Source of the DNA: Utricularia gibba
Lineage: Eukaryota; Plantae; Magnoliophyta
DNA: 64,000 bases
NCBI GenBank assembly: GCA_002189035.1
Contig: CM007990.1
Coordinates: forward strand, 2,480,001-2,544,000
Direction: 5' to 3'
In this document: positions 62,743 to 64,000 of the stretch, piece after piece
Numbering within the stretch: position 1 is the first letter of the stretch
Layout: each line of letters opens with the position of its first letter
Notes under the pieces: generated by a model
What the model saw: only the letters and a program-made list of their open reading frames with translations
Database searches by the model: none
Told to the model about the DNA's origin: nothing
Made by a program: the position numbers and the translations under genes

Positions 62743-63867
62743 ATGGAAAGTTGTAAATCAACTAGCGTTTCATTTCAACTTTTGTGGGGCTTATGGCTCA
62801 TTTCTGTGGTGATTCCATCTGTGAATGGTTTCAGACCATTAAAAGACAGGCAACATACTTGGCATGATGAGGTTAGTTACCTTTCTGCATTGCACTTGAT
62901 TGTATCTCTAAACCGTTACATCTCCCATTTTCATTGTTTTGAGTTTTTTTTGTTTTAGTTTTTCCTTGTTCTTGGTAATTTATGCTTGATTACCCAATCT
63001 TGTGTGTTTAGTTATGCTCTTTAGTTCTCTGCATCATTTTTAGTTTGTGTGAGGACCTATATAAGGATGGATTCTATAATTTTGAATGGCTGCACCTGCT
63101 CAAACTTTTAGTTTTGCATCATCAATGAAATTGATATGGAATGATGAAACTGTTATTGATGAGGCTAATGCTCACCATGCTTTTTTTCTTGATGGAATAT
63201 GTGCGTTGTTAAATATGACCTCCAACATAATTTTCTGTTTTAGTGGCCTGCTGTTGATAGAGAAGAGCATGACTTTGGTCCCTCCTCGTCCTGGAACATA
63301 ACAGGCACATATAGAGGTTTGTCGTTTACCTAATTGTCAGTGAGCGGTGGCCTTTTTTTTTGGATGAAATGATGTTGAACAGATTTTCCTACCTTTCTTA
63401 ATGCTTGTTATTTTTGTTACTCCGTTTTTTACAGGTATTTTTTCTGTTAATGCATTTTATCTCTGAAGACCGGTTAGAAATAAGAATTTTCTGTGTGTAG
63501 CAATCTTTGTGATTTGGTAGGTTTTATTGCATCAAGTTGGATACCTACATTTAAATGCATTTGTGTCATCGCTTTCTGTTTGAATGTTTTGTTTCATGGC
63601 TGTCTCTGGATTTATCTAACTAGGTTGAGAATGTGACGCTTCTATCACATTCTGACCATGCTGAAAGTTGTCTTATGCTCCAACTCTTTGTGTTTTGCGT
63701 AACATGATTTTGCTTTTTTTTTTTTTCCGCATTTCGTAGGCCATTGGATGTTTTTGGAGTCTTCAAACAGCTCTTTCAGGTTTCGTGACTTTAGGAAATC
63801 CAGTGGAAGTTCCAATATGGAGTTGGTGAGCACCACAACAAAGATAACTGGTGTGCACTATGTACAG
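62743..63867 (+). CDS. 5' coding exons of transmembrane RING E3 ubiquitin ligase FLY1/FLY2 (Tul1/Dsc1 family); continues beyond window. Exons 62743-62871, 63244-63316, 63740-63867
   Basis: Signal peptide MESCK...VNGFRPLK, then WHDEW, GPSSSWNITGTYRGHW, FRDFRKSSG, TKITGVHYVQ; phases close. GC-rich 5' leader at ~61380-61520. Confidence 0.88.
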
Positions 63868-64000
63868 GTACTGTAATTTGTTTAGCTAAATGATCATGAT
63901 GATGTATCATCAGTTTCCTTTTTTTATTTTAATGGAAACCTAAGTGAGATAAAGATGATTTTTAATCAGAAATTTTAGGCTTTTTTTATGAAACTTGATG

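Noticed and set aside
63301-63316. Apparent GC donor at ACAG|GCAC in the FLY-like gene
   Set aside because: The reading continues as conserved NITGTYRG to a normal GT donor after 63316.

Overview
AT-rich eudicot nuclear DNA with six intron-containing or single-exon host genes separated by dense, partly nested transposon debris. Genes: 3' part of an EH-domain (EPS15/AtEH-Pan1-like) endocytic protein (+, to 2456); F-box/kelch protein of the At5g42350 type (-, 3488-5221); epsilon-group 14-3-3 (+, 25288-27412) tail-to-tail with cryptochrome 1 (-, 28002-30329); patatin-like phospholipase of the At1g33270 type (+, ~53038-55099, at least four 1-nt frameshifts); and the first coding exons of a FLY1/FLY2-type transmembrane RING E3 ligase (+, 62743 to beyond the window). 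TEs: several degraded Athila-like Ty3/gypsy elements, a young full-length CRM-clade element (42637-49333, TSD CCAAG) nested in an old Ty1/copia, hAT, PIF/Harbinger, MULE and Tat-type remnants. I found no convincing new multi-gene system. The most notable observations are: all CRM LTR mismatches confined to the 3' 230 bp; a cluster of -1 homopolymer frameshifts at 46-55 kb that look like consensus errors; a conserved AGGA-loop hairpin before three different Athila 3' LTRs; and a protein-neutral intron spanning the last codon of CRY1. All homology calls are from recalled protein motifs, not database searches.
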